A stretch of 56,579 nt of DNA, filler included, from Squatina squatina (lineage: Eukaryota): NCBI GenBank assembly GCA_031763465.1. It is 3 parts of 2 records of this genome, joined end to end, with 100 filler letters (N's around TTAATTAATTAA, not from the genome) between each part and the next. Parts side by side here need not be neighbours in the genome. Positions count along the whole stretch, not along the records: positions 1 to 27,690 come from JARFOE010000016.1; 2 more parts are not named here. One strand, 5' to 3'. The notes beneath the pieces were generated by a model, which ran no database searches, had not been told where the DNA came from, and saw nothing but the letters and a program-made list of their open reading frames with translations. This document shows, piece after piece, positions 13,140-24,992 of this stretch (position 1 is its first letter; each line of letters begins with the position of its first letter). The position numbers and the translations under genes were made by a program.

Positions 13140-13839
13140 CAGGATGATATCTGAAAACAGGCAGATCATATTAATGAGTGATTTCAACCACATAATAAAT
13201 TGGGAAAGCTCAAATATCTTTAGTGCTTAAATAAGCAAAGGTAATTTGTGATTGCTTCATGATCCAGTACATGAGGGAAGCTATGAGAAATAGCTTTCAG
13301 CTTGACTTTGTAATGATAATTGACCCTGAAAGCACACAAGGAACACAAGTTGTAGCATGGTTGGATGATAGTGAACACAAAATGAGAAGGCTCAACATGA
13401 TCTGGGACTCAGCACTGCTGAGGACCACAGGTAATTTCAAAAATAGCCAACTTTGAGGATATAAATGAAGAGCTGGAACAGATTGGGGTGGGGGGCGGAA
13501 TTGTTTTAACAACATGCCAAACTGAGGGCAAATGGATATCCTGAGCAGCATGCAGAATGAATAAATATAGACCGAGGATAAGCCAGTGCGGATTTAAAAC
13601 AAAGCATCCTAAATGCAATACAAAGACAGCCTTGCAATAAAGTAAAAGGAAATTTACAAAATTTGCAAAGGAAAAGGGGAGGAATACAGGAAACGTCAGA
13701 AACACATGAAACGGATGGTCATAGGAGCAAAGAGGAAACTGAAAATGAGCACTGCATCAGATGGTAAACCTGACAGCAAAAAGTTCTTTCAATATGTGTC
13801 AGCAAAGATTGTCAGGAAAATGGCAAGCATCTTAAAAAG
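13140..13839 (+). mobile_element. Old degenerate CR1 ORF2 (endonuclease to linker)
   Basis: IILMSDFN...INW (GDFN motif) and KKFFQYV remnants. Confidence 0.5.
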
Positions 13840-13939
13840 NNNNNNNNNNNNNNNNNNNNNNNNNNNNNNNNNNNNNNNNNNNNNNNNNNNNNNNNNNNNN
13901 NNNNNNNNNNNNNNNNNNNNNNNNNNNNNNNNNNNNNNN

Positions 13940-14075
13940 TTGAGTATATTCAAGACAGAGATTGATAGATTTTTGGATATTAAGGAAATCAAGGGATATG
14001 GGGATAGTGCAGGCAAGTGGAGCAGAGGTAGAAGAGAGGCCAAATGGCCTACTCCTGCTCCTATTTCTTATGTTT
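13940..14075 (+). mobile_element. CR1 LINE 3' end
   Basis: LSIFKTEIDRFLDIKEIKGYG followed by the GGCCTACTCCTGCTCCTATTTCTTATGTT tail. Confidence 0.8.
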
Positions 14076-16713
14076 TTATTTCCAGAAGCATTTAGACAAG
14101 TTGTGTCAACAAATGGGATTCAGGGTGATTAGAAATGTACCAAGGGAACACAAGAATGGGTGGTCTTGGTGGACTGATGGTCTTCTCCTGCATGTTACTA
14201 TGTAACCCTTTCAAATTCAAATGGAGATACACTACTCTGCAGTTCAACTGAGTTCAAGTTCTCAATCCCCACCAGGAACCACACTCATTTTCTCGCATGA
14301 AGCATCATAATTGAAAGTTCCACTTCAAAGATACCTCAGGCATTTTTATGGACGGACAACTGTGCACCGAGTGTCTAAAGACGACAGGTGTTGCTGATCA
14401 CACCAAAACAAACCTTCCCGCAACCAGAGCATAGCAAGTTTCAGTAGGAAAAGGTTTGACAATAAAAGAAAATGGCAGCTTGTAATTGTCACGTCTGAAG
14501 AACTCTGCACTGGTTAATGCCACCGAACAGACATGCTCTTTCTGGTCTGTCTCTGTGGAGGAGCCCTTCAACTGTTGCTTATTTTTTCCAGTGGAAGCTT
14601 CTTTCAAACCTGACACTGTGAGACAGTTAAAAATACTTTTCCTTAAAGCTGTTAAATGTAGTGCAAGAAGCAATTTCTTGTGCTTGTACTTCAAAGTAAT
14701 ATCTTACTGGATTTTGATTTCCCCATAATTTATGGATAAGATTTTTATTATTTCAGATGTACAAGGATTTAACAGGGTGAGAGAAGGAAAATAGCAAAAA
14801 TGCATGTAATTAAGGTGCAATTGCTGAAAACACTGTAACTCAGGGTTTTTTTTAATACAGTCAAGTGACTGTCAGAGGTGCTGCTTCACAGGTTAAATTG
14901 ACAAATCACCAGATAATAAATATTGGTGTATTTGTAATGCTCTCTATCCCCTGCAATCCAGCTCAGTGGGGATTGCAAAGTGAAGGGTTGATGGATGATG
15001 CTGCAGAAGCAGCCAGCTTAGATTCACAAAGGAATGTGCAACTGCTTCGCATGCAGGAATTCTTCTCACAGTGCTGCAGTCAGGTGCAGTACATATGATA
15101 TTTTAAGTTCCAAAAATAGCTCATCCTATTTATGCCGACATCATGAAATACAGTAACGCTAGCATATTTATCGCAAATTGCTATTATCTGAACGATCGTT
15201 CTCTTCACAGACCACTGGTTTCAGCAGTCAGCATACCCACATCTTTACATTAGCTTGTTTCACAGAAGCATGCTGCCATGACAATTGTTGGTACAGGTCC
15301 TCCATGACATTTCCCCACATATAAACGCCTCTCAACTCGAACCATCTTTGTTTGGACATTTATCAGACTTCTTGTCCCCTGTGTGCTTCACCTCAACGTT
15401 GACAAAGAGGAATAACGGCACCAGACAGGGGTTCGCAGAGCAGTGGTTTTGATGGGAGGATAAGAAAGGGAATCAAACTGGTCAGAAACCAAGCCAGAAT
15501 TCCCTCGGATGTTGTTCCAGTTCTGGGTTCATAGCTGATTGAAATTTCAGAAGATTGCTGATTCGGGGAACAGAACCGAGCTGAACCCAATGATTGGCTG
15601 TGGACCAGNNNNNNNNNNNNNNNNNNNNNNNNNNNNNNNNNNNNNNNNNNNNNNNNNNNNNNNNNNNNNNNNNNNNNNNNNNNNNNNNNNNNNNNNNNNN
15701 NNNNNNNNTAATGGGCAAACTCCTGGGCAGAAAAGTTCCAAGAGTGTGTCTATGCTTTCCTATTATTTCAAAGGATGGGAACATTGCGGATAGCTCCCTG
15801 TGATTTTCTATTGAGGGCTGGCTATGTGTGAGTCCCCCACTAGCAGCACAGTGCCTCAGGACATCGACTCTTACAACTTCTCAGCCAAGCCATTTCAGAA
15901 AGACACTGCATTAGGAATGTAAATGCAGTCTGAGATGCACTGTCTGTGCTCCTGTTGGCCCAGAACATTCAAACACTTCACTTTTTAAAAGATATTTCCT
16001 TGCTAATCTCTATTTTCTTCATAAGCTTGGATGCATCTCTAATCATGTATCTAATGAGAAGATAAATTTATTTGATACTGCCGGAAAGCAATGTATCTAA
16101 TTCATACCAGCGTATTCTGAATTATAGTCAAAAATTGTTTAAAAAAACAGCTGATCGTGAGAAAAGAAAACAATTTAATATACCTTCAAATGGACCAAGT
16201 TGTTCTTTTTCCCCCATCAATGGTCTCCCCTCCCCTGCTTTCCTCTCATGCAGGTGTTAACGACTCATTGGAATACAATTTCATGGGCACTATGCACCTC
16301 TGGTACCTTGCTGAAGTGGCTATTATTCACGTATGAGCCTTATTATTGAGTGTCAGCAGTCTGCTTGACTGCAGCATAAAGGGAGAAAATCAGAGCTAAG
16401 CTGGATCCTATCCTCACATTCACCCAGCAGGGGCTCTCTGCATAGTAATCAAAAGCAGGAAACCTGGGCAATTTTCCTCTTCCTAACCCAGGGGCACTTT
16501 AGGTCTGTTACAGAAATATGCAGACTGAAGCTGGATACATCATTTTCTGGTAGTTTCATGTAAATTGTCTCACCTAGCATAATGACTTTTATTTATTTAT
16601 TCTGATTAATGGTTTCTATCTCATTCCACAATTATTTTCCTCTTTTGTTTTCTCTATGAAAGCATATTCCTTTTTTTCTGCAAGTCAGCCTGGCTGAATA
16701 CAAGCCACCTCAT

Positions 16714-17273
16714 GCAAATCATTAATATACATTGTGAATAGCTGGGGCCCAAGCACTGATCCCTGCTGTACCCCACTAGTCACAGCCTGCAACTCCGAAA
16801 AAGACCCATTTATTCCTACTCTCTGTTAACCAATTCTCAATCCATGCCAGTATATTACCCTCAAACCCATGTGCTTTAATTTTGCACACTAACCTCTTAT
16901 GTGGGACTTTATCAAAAGCCTTCTCAAAATCCAAGTACACCACATCCACTGGTTCTCCCTTATCTATTCTACTAGTTATATCCTCAAAGAAGTCCAGTAG
17001 GTTTGTCAAGCATGATTTCCCTTTCATAAATCCATGTTGACTTTGTCTAATCCCGTTGGTATTTTCTAAGTGTCCTGTTATCACATCCTTTATAATAGGT
17101 TCTAGCATTTTCCCTACTACTGATGTCAGGCTAACTGGTCTGTAAATCCCTGTTTTCTCTCTCCCTCCTTTTTTAAATAGTGGGGTTATATTTGCTACCC
17201 TCCAATCTGTAGGAACTGTTCCAGAATCTATAGAATTTTGGAAGATGACAACCAATGCATCCACTATTTCCAT
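16714..17273 (-). mobile_element. CR1 LINE reverse transcriptase fragment (relatively young)
   Basis: DWRVANITPLFKKG..YRPVSLTSVVGK..SQHGFMKGKSCLTNLL..VDVVYLDFEKAFDKVPH, then after a frameshift SGVQQGSVLGPQLFTMYINDL. Confidence 0.92.
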
Positions 17274-17929
17274 NNNNNNNNNNNNNNNNNNNNNNNNNNN
17301 NNNNNNNNNNNNNNNNNNNNNNNNNNNNNNNNNNNNNNNNNNNNNNNNNNNNNNNNNNNNNNNNNNNNNNNNNTCTTACAATTCCTGTGCTCTACATTTC
17401 TAATCAAGAACATCACTTATTAAGTCTCTCCTTCATTGCTGCTTTTTGAAGTGAAAGCCAAGTTACAGTGCATGTAACAAACTGATGCTTTGGTTAGTCT
17501 GAAGGAAGGTAGTAGCATTTTTCCTTTGGTCAGTGAAGTGCAATTTGATGATTTAGGGATACTATTCTACTGGCAGATTGCTTTTCCAGCTACAAATCAG
17601 ATAGACTGGTCAGTGATAATGATACTGCCTCTGGAGATAAATCTCAGACACCATGTACAACCAAATGAAGAGAGCGACCAGAAAGAACATTTAAAAAGGG
17701 GAGCACAGCTACCAAAAAGAAGAAAAATAATTAAAATTAAAATTAAAAGCATTATTACCAGAAACTATTGATAAAACCCCCATCTGCTTTAAAACACCAT
17801 GGCTCAGAAACAAGGCAAATAGGATGTTGAACAATATAGCTAAAATAATCTTGGCTGCCAGTTCCACCCCATCTCCACCCCACTGTTGTTAAAACCTATG
17901 TATGTGCATCTTTGACACTTCCGGACAAC

Positions 17930-18628
17930 AAGGTAGATTAGCAGGAAATTGTGCCCAAAATGCGCTTGCAAATGCGCTAGTCAGGTTATGCTTCAAGTTT
18001 CCACTAAAATTTATTTGCATAATCACAAGTGTGAAATCTCCCATTAACCAGCGCAACTGGGTAGCCAAACAGAACGTAATTGTTTCTTTCATTGTCTCTT
18101 TAGTAAAAAGTATTCCTTGATGAATTTAACCAGATGCAGTTTTAGTATTCCAGCATAATCTGGGTTTTTCAGCAAAAATAAGCATTTTTAATTAGGGTGT
18201 GCAGCCTGTGAGTAACCATCACCAAAAATGACTTAAACAAACTATACTGAACCATTTAATAGTTTCACCGGTGCACAATAGTCAGGTTCTTTGTAAATTA
18301 AATATTTTTTGACATGAAAAATCTTTGAAAACGTGCTCGCTGCCTGTTCACCGAACAAAATGAATGCAATTTGAAAAATCTTCTCGAACCCGTGCAATAA
18401 GCAAAATCTCATAGTTTTGAGCTGTGGCGGAGCCAGATTTGTGGGCGGGGCCTGATTCAGATGAATTCAATCATGAGCCAGCGTAAAAAATCATGGAAAA
18501 CACAAGCGTAAGTGGTTTTGGGCGTAACTCATATTTTTAATTCCTCGAACTTTTGCACCTGTTTGGCCAATTCCACCTAGATTGTGCTGGAATCTGGGTG
18601 CATAACATCATCAAGAAACTTTCCCCCA
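17930..18628. mobile_element. CpG-rich non-autonomous (MITE-like) element, ends approximate
   Basis: CpG-rich arms around an AT-rich core, ending GAAACTTTCCCCC; no coding capacity. Confidence 0.35.
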
Positions 18629-18689
18629 ACTACTTTAATGCTGTCCATGCTGGCCTTCTAGCCTCCACCCAATATGCACTTCAACATTG

Positions 18690-18870
18690 CTGACCTATAC
18701 TGGCTCCCCAATCTCCAACACATTTTCCCCATCTATAAATCCCCCCATGGTCTCAACCTAGTCTGCAATCGCATCCAGCCCTACACCACTGTCAAACATT
18801 TTGTTCCTCTGACTCCAACCTCCTTTACAACCCTTCCTCTCTTTGAGCCAGCATGGGTCACAAAACCTTC
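18690..18870 (+). mobile_element. Degenerate L2 ORF2 C-terminal fragment
   Basis: ADLYWLP...IYKSPHGL, resembling the L2 LHWLP...YKxLHGL motif. Confidence 0.55.
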
Positions 18871-19269
18871 AGCCAATTCATTCTTACTTTTTCGACAAGA
18901 CTCCCTAACTTGCAGGGACCAATTTTGACTTGGGAAAATCGGTGTTAATGGCATAAAAATGGGGCCATTAGACATACTGCCCCATTAATGCCAAGGTTCT
19001 GCCTGCTGCAACTTTCACAGAGGACTGGGTGGCCCCAGTGCCTGCCTGTATTAAACGGTAGGCCTCTTTCCCATGCAAATCGGGATCCTAATAATGTAGT
19101 TAGGACGCCAACTGCAATTTTGAAGGAAAATTGGACAAAGTTTCTGACACGAGAGCTCCTTCTCTACGAGCATTCCAATCAAGAAACAGACAGAAAAATA
19201 GGACATCGCGACCCCCATCTACCCCACCACCAAACTTCCATTCTGAGCATCTAGTTGCGGCCCTTAGTT

Positions 19270-19310
19270 GCGTCAGCCTTGGCTCAGTGGGTAGCACTCT
19301 CACCTCAGAG
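19270..19310 (+). mobile_element. DeuSINE tRNA-derived head (rest in gap)
   Basis: GTCAGCCTTGGCTCAGTGGGTAGCACTCTCACCTC, with A box; matches the heads at 55346 and 56396. Confidence 0.65.
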
Positions 19311-20586
19311 NNNNNNNNNNNNNNNNNNNNNNNNNNNNNNNNNNNNNNNNNNNNNNNNNNNNNNNNNNNNNNNNNNNNNNNNNNNNNNNNNNNNNNNNNN
19401 NNNNNNNNNNGCCGGTTATGGGGCTGTACATCAAACTTCTGGACAGATCCAACACTGAGGCTGCGGAGCTCATACCCAGCGCTGAGCTTTGCGATATTTT
19501 TGCAATACTTGTGCTGGGGATCTCTTGAAATTTTTTACGCATGGTAAAACCTAGCATATCTGCTTGGTTTTGCCATCGTAAGAAATGTTAAAAAATTTTA
19601 ATTCAAAAAAATTAATGTGACATTACTTTAAAACTATTCCCAGTAAGGTAAGTAAACATTTTAAAAGGCTTTTTTTTTTAATTTAATAAATATTTATTAC
19701 AAAGATCACTCAGAAAAAAATACTTCTTTCACAAAATCTCTGAATAAGTACCATAAGAAAAATAAGTTATTTTTATGCAATATGCTATGCAAGTTCTTCT
19801 GAGAACTGATAGATTAGCAAGTGCTTCTCAGCTCAAAACTGCTAATCATTATCATGTACTAGTTTGTCATTAACATTCTAATCACATGTTATTTATGTGG
19901 CCAAATGGCACAAATCTTCAGAAAGTTACCCACTATTAATACTGCCCAGGTTTGAATAGGGAAAAATAAGTTGACAGTTTAGGCACGTCACTCTTCAAAA
20001 CCATGTAATGTTATGATTTAGATGTACCCGTTTTTAATGGGAAATAAATATGGCTCCCAGGGTGGTTCAACTGAGACCTAATGACAAAGTTGGGGGCAGA
20101 AGGAGTACTAGAAATATCTTCAGAGGTATATTAACGTTACATTTTGCCCTAAAATATTGGTGAAAACCAGCTTCTCTGAAGAGTTGAACTCATTTGGCTC
20201 TCAAGTTCAATTAATTTTGTCCATAGCTCTCGACAGATTGAAGAGAAATGTAAATTTTCCATCTGTCTTTATTCTAGTAGAGTTGTTAGTATTTAAAACA
20301 TAATCTAGATCTCCAGGCTATACAAATTTTAAGTCTAATGTGGTACAATGTTATCACAAGATTTTATTGCTTTAACATGTCAGTGGATTTTCATTTACAT
20401 TCAAGTCCTTTAGCTTGAAGAAAAACCACAGGTTGAAAATACAAAATGGAATTTTATTCCAGTCTTCAAGCGAAGTAATGTTAGAGGGCAAGAAATTATA
20501 GGGCTCGGTTGCACAGTTGTGATTAAATCCCCATTTTAAGTCATACACTCTGCCTTTATTTTTATATAATACGCTGATTTTATAAT

Positions 20587-21294
20587 GGCCTGGATTTTGC
20601 TGGGCCTGGTACAGCCTTTGGACAGCGTATGCTATTGTACGTGCCCTGCAAGTTCCTGGTCTCCACATGCAAGTTACTCCTTGACAGATCATACCTATGG
20701 ACTGTAAATCCACTTCGTTTGCGCAGATTCGGGCTATTTGCCCAACTACTGCACAGAGAATACAGACCAACTCCTTGTGCCTGGGAAAAATAGGCGTGAG
20801 GCTTTACGTTACCAGCATAAGGATTTAAATGGATGTTAAAATAATTTTTTGAAAGATATATACCTTCGGTTTGTTCAGGTCAATGTTGTCCGAGGTAAAA
20901 ACGTTCAGATATATTTTCAAAGATAAATTAAACTTTTATTTTAAATGTTTAATTAAATAGTATTTTAATAAATTTTCAAACGGTGATCATTTATTTTTAT
21001 TTCAGTGTTGCATTTATTAGGTGATTACTATTATGCTTATAGGGATTCCTTACGTAAAGGAAGTACCCATAAGCATAATTGGAATCCCCCTTTTCATTGA
21101 TTGGCCTGGACTTTCTGACCACAGTGATGCCTGCCAACTGCATGGCCCCTGGGATGCGAGGCCTTTACCCCGGCTACAGCTGAAGGCCCAGCACTCAAGA
21201 TTCCGAAGCTCTGGAGGCAGCAGATAAGTACGGATGTTACTTGTGGTTCAGAGGCCTACACGGGTGACAAGCCTTTGACCATAGTTTCCAGGCC
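20587..21294 (+). mobile_element. MITE-like non-autonomous DNA element, copy A
   Basis: Termini GGCCTGGA...TCCAGGCC are inverted repeats. Internal hairpin at 21030-21079. Homologous in reverse to 22198-22892. Confidence 0.6.
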
Positions 21295-22197
21295 ATTATT
21301 ATTTACACATAAAGTCCCAACTTCCACCAATTTGAGAGTCAGGATAGTAGAATTCGTCTGAGCATAGGCAGTTCCCTACAGTGGAGGCTGAGGGGCTGAG
21401 GGGTGCAACCCGGGAGATCAGACTGCCACCACTGTCAAACTCTGTAATGATAAAGCTCCAACTTTACATCGGCCGTTTCCATTATCGATATGGAGAAAGG
21501 ATTCATAACGAGAATAAATTGACACGAAATTGCGAGAATATTATGGGAACAGTAGGAATGGTCTTGTCGACCACAAATGCCTGCCGAGATAAGATTTTGA
21601 TTATATTGACATTCAATCTCCCGTGGCATTGTACATAGAGAGTCAGGACCAAATATAGAGGGGTGAATTTACTTACCCTTTCTCCTGATTGGCACCATAC
21701 CTACACCGGGAGATATCAAAAACTGTTGGGGATTCTGCTGACCTCCCCCAAAGGTTGCGACCTCGAGTAGATATTATCCCGATAATGTCCCTGATGGTTG
21801 TAGGTAGCTTAAGTGGGGTTTGAGGGCGAGTGTAATTGGACGAGGACATCAAGATGTAATTTATTCGCCATTTAAAAATTATATATTCTGTTCCTATTGT
21901 TACTCCATCTTTTTATTTTATTTTCTGCAGCACGGGCTGAGGAGCGGCACATGGCGAACTGAGAGGCCCAGCTTGTTAGAACAAATATATGTGAAAGACA
22001 TGGGATTTTGTCTGACTAACGATCAGCAAAACAATAAGAGTTCCAATCGTAATATTTTAAATTGTTCAGAATTCTTGATTGTCGTGGCCATTTCCTCTTG
22101 CCGCGAATTTTAACATTTTTGTGGCATTAATACAATCCAGAGATAATAACGAAAGGCAATACTTAAAGTGGAACAACACTATTTCTGCAACAAGTAT

Positions 22198-22892
22198 GGA
22201 CTACGTGCAAGATTGCAGGAAAAGGACGATGGCACTCCAGACCTTTGTAGTTTTCGGAGATTTCGGTTCCTGGACCTGCAGTCGTGCGTCTTCCGAAAGT
22301 GCCACTGATCCGAGGGACGCAGGCAGTTCGGACGCATCCCTGAGGTCCCATGGCCCAGCTCCTCCTATCAGAAAGCTGGATTCCTCATCATGCTGATGGA
22401 GATTTCATTTATTCATTGATCCTCATTAGCATTTGAGGAATCCTCTCATAATTATATAGTTCACACAACTGGAATAAAAAAATAAATGTTGCATTTTCAA
22501 ATTTAATTAAATGTCCCTACGACAAAGATTTACAATAAAAGATTTAATTTAAAAAATTAAACATTTAACCCTGGTCAAAATTTACTAAAACCAATTTCAA
22601 ATATTTATGGATGATTTATTATTTTTACATTTTTAAGTTAACATTTATATTCAGCAATACGCTGATTTTACCAGGCGTAAAGATTTACGGGCCAGTCGTT
22701 GACATAATAGCTCAACTTTGCAATAGCAAAAGTAATTTTTCCGCCGATTCAAATGATCTGTCAAGGCAAACCTTGACAAATCGCAAGTTCTGTTTATTGC
22801 ACGTGCGCAGTCCATGCAGAAAAGCAGAACTTGCGGGGTCCTTTATAACGTTTAGGTGCGTACGACAACATAGGTCTGGCAAAATCCAAGCC
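22198..22892 (-). mobile_element. MITE-like non-autonomous DNA element, copy B (inverted relative to A; left end approximate)
   Basis: Minus strand begins GGCTTGGATTTTGC (13/14 identical to the A terminus) and shares GCAAGTTC, CCTTGACAGATCAT and GCCTGG..AAA...GCGT with A in the same order. Confidence 0.6.
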
Positions 22893-24937
22893 ATATTGTT
22901 AATTTTACCATGGTACTCGTTTACTTGAATGGACTAAGGACTTTCCAGTATTATGGATTGGTTGGAAAGTGTTGGGCGCATTTTATTCCAAAAGTAGAAT
23001 TGCTCTGAGGTTAGTAAGTGCATGTTGAGGGGCTGAGTGGTGAAATACGTAGACATTAAGGTGCCACGTCTGCCAACAGCTACCATCATACAGTTACGAA
23101 TTTACAGCAGCACTTTCCATTAAGGATATGGGCAGAGGATTTGTAACAGGAATAAATTGACATCAACGTGCGACTGGAAGAAAGGTCTTGTGAACCGCAC
23201 GTGCAAGCTTATTTAAGATGTTGATTACATTGGTACTCAATCAGCCGTTTCATTGTACATAGGGCCTCAAGACCAAATGTACAGGGCTGAATTTCCTTAA
23301 GATTTCTGCTGATTGGACACCATAACTNNNNNNNNNNNNNNNNNNNNNNNNNNNNNNNNNNNNNNNNNNNNNNNNNNNNNNNNNNNNNNNNNNNNNNNNN
23401 NNNNNNNNNNNNNNNNNNNNNNNNNNNAAAACAATGGCAGAGTTTGCCGAGATTTTTTTTATTGCCAGGCCAAACATTATACAAGAAAAATGCTCTTGGC
23501 AATCTAAAATAAGTAAATTTTGAAAAGCTTTGAAAATCTCCCTAAGGATTTGATTATGTGCTATCGAAAAAATATATTATTGACACAATGAACTGTGGCA
23601 TCCAAAATAAAGCTTATCCTCAGAAATTATGTATACTTTAAGGCTTTCATTTTGAAGAGCACTTGCTTCAGGCAAGCTCCATCATGTTTCAACACCAGTA
23701 GATCCAATGTACATGCAGTACATTATCAGTTGTTTCAATGTCAGTCATGTTTGCTGCTCAATTTTGATTGCACTCTACTCTGCAAGTTTTATCTTGTTAA
23801 TACCTTGTAAAATAGATCACTGAAAAAGCTGTTTCAGGGATAAATAGAGTTCCAAGCAATTTTCTGAAATGCAATTCTTAATATGAATGTTTTGCTTTAA
23901 CCCCCAGATGCTAAACTATGCAATAGTCAGATTTCACAGTAATAGAATGAAACACATTGTCAAATAGACATTCACAAATTTATACAATTGTTGAACAAAA
24001 AAATTATGTACATCGCACACTAAACAAGCTCTACAAATTGCGTCCCTTTATAAAAATGATTGCTGGAGTAGCTGTGGCCAGAAGGCCACCNNNNNNNNNN
24101 NNNNNNNNNNNNNNNNNNNNNNNNNNNNNNNNNNNNNNNNNNNNNNNNNNNNNNNNNNNNNNNNNNNNNNNNNNNNNNNNNNNNNNNNNNCCTCATCTCT
24201 GGAGATCAGAGTTTAAACCAGCTCAGGGAGACATGTTTATGTCCTTTGACGATAATTATTGATGGTCTCCCAGGTTTCCAATAAAATCCACGTCTCAAGA
24301 CTGTTTGGAATTTAAAACCTCTTCCAGGAATATCTCTTTGACAGAATAGGAGTATGAAAAGGGCAAAATGATAGCTGGTGTGTCTGTGAATGAGTGAGTG
24401 AGACATTAAAACACCAAAGTCATAACAATGCAGTCTGAAAAACAAGCACAAGCACATTAATTGTCACATCGCTTGAATTAATTTACAAGTCTTGCCGCTC
24501 CAGAAGAGAAATTGTAATGTACAAAAGTCTTGTGGCATCCTTTGTGGGGTTTAATTTCCTGTGTGAAAAGTAGGTCATTGCCACTCATCTGGAATATGTT
24601 AGGCTAAGAAATATACAGTATATACCACATCATTGCACTACTGTGCTTGTTTTAAATGTGAAAAATCTGTAAATATGCATTATAAAATCTTTCCCAAGAG
24701 TGATGTGAACTCAGTTGTGCATTGGTACCAACCCGACAGTCTTTTTTTTCCTTGCCCGCCTGTTCCCTTTGCTCTGTTTCTTTTTAACTGCTGTTCGTCT
24801 GTAATTACTTCCAGTTTGGATGGCAGGTCCACACCTANNNNNNNNNNNNNNNNNNNNNNNNNNNNNNNNNNNNNNNNNNNNNNNNNNNNNNNNNNNNNNN
24901 NNNNNNNNNNNNNNNNNNNNNNNNNNNNNNNNNNNNN

Positions 24938-24992
24938 CATACCCCCTGATCCCCCTTGCCGTAAGGGCCACATCTAACTCCCTTTTGAACAT
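24938..24992 (-). mobile_element. CR1 3' fragment
   Basis: MFKRELDVALTARGIRGY, the CR1 ORF2 C-terminus. Confidence 0.7.

Noticed and set aside
16776-17273. Functional reverse transcriptase or novel RT system
   Set aside because: Truncated, frameshifted, ordinary CR1 fragment.
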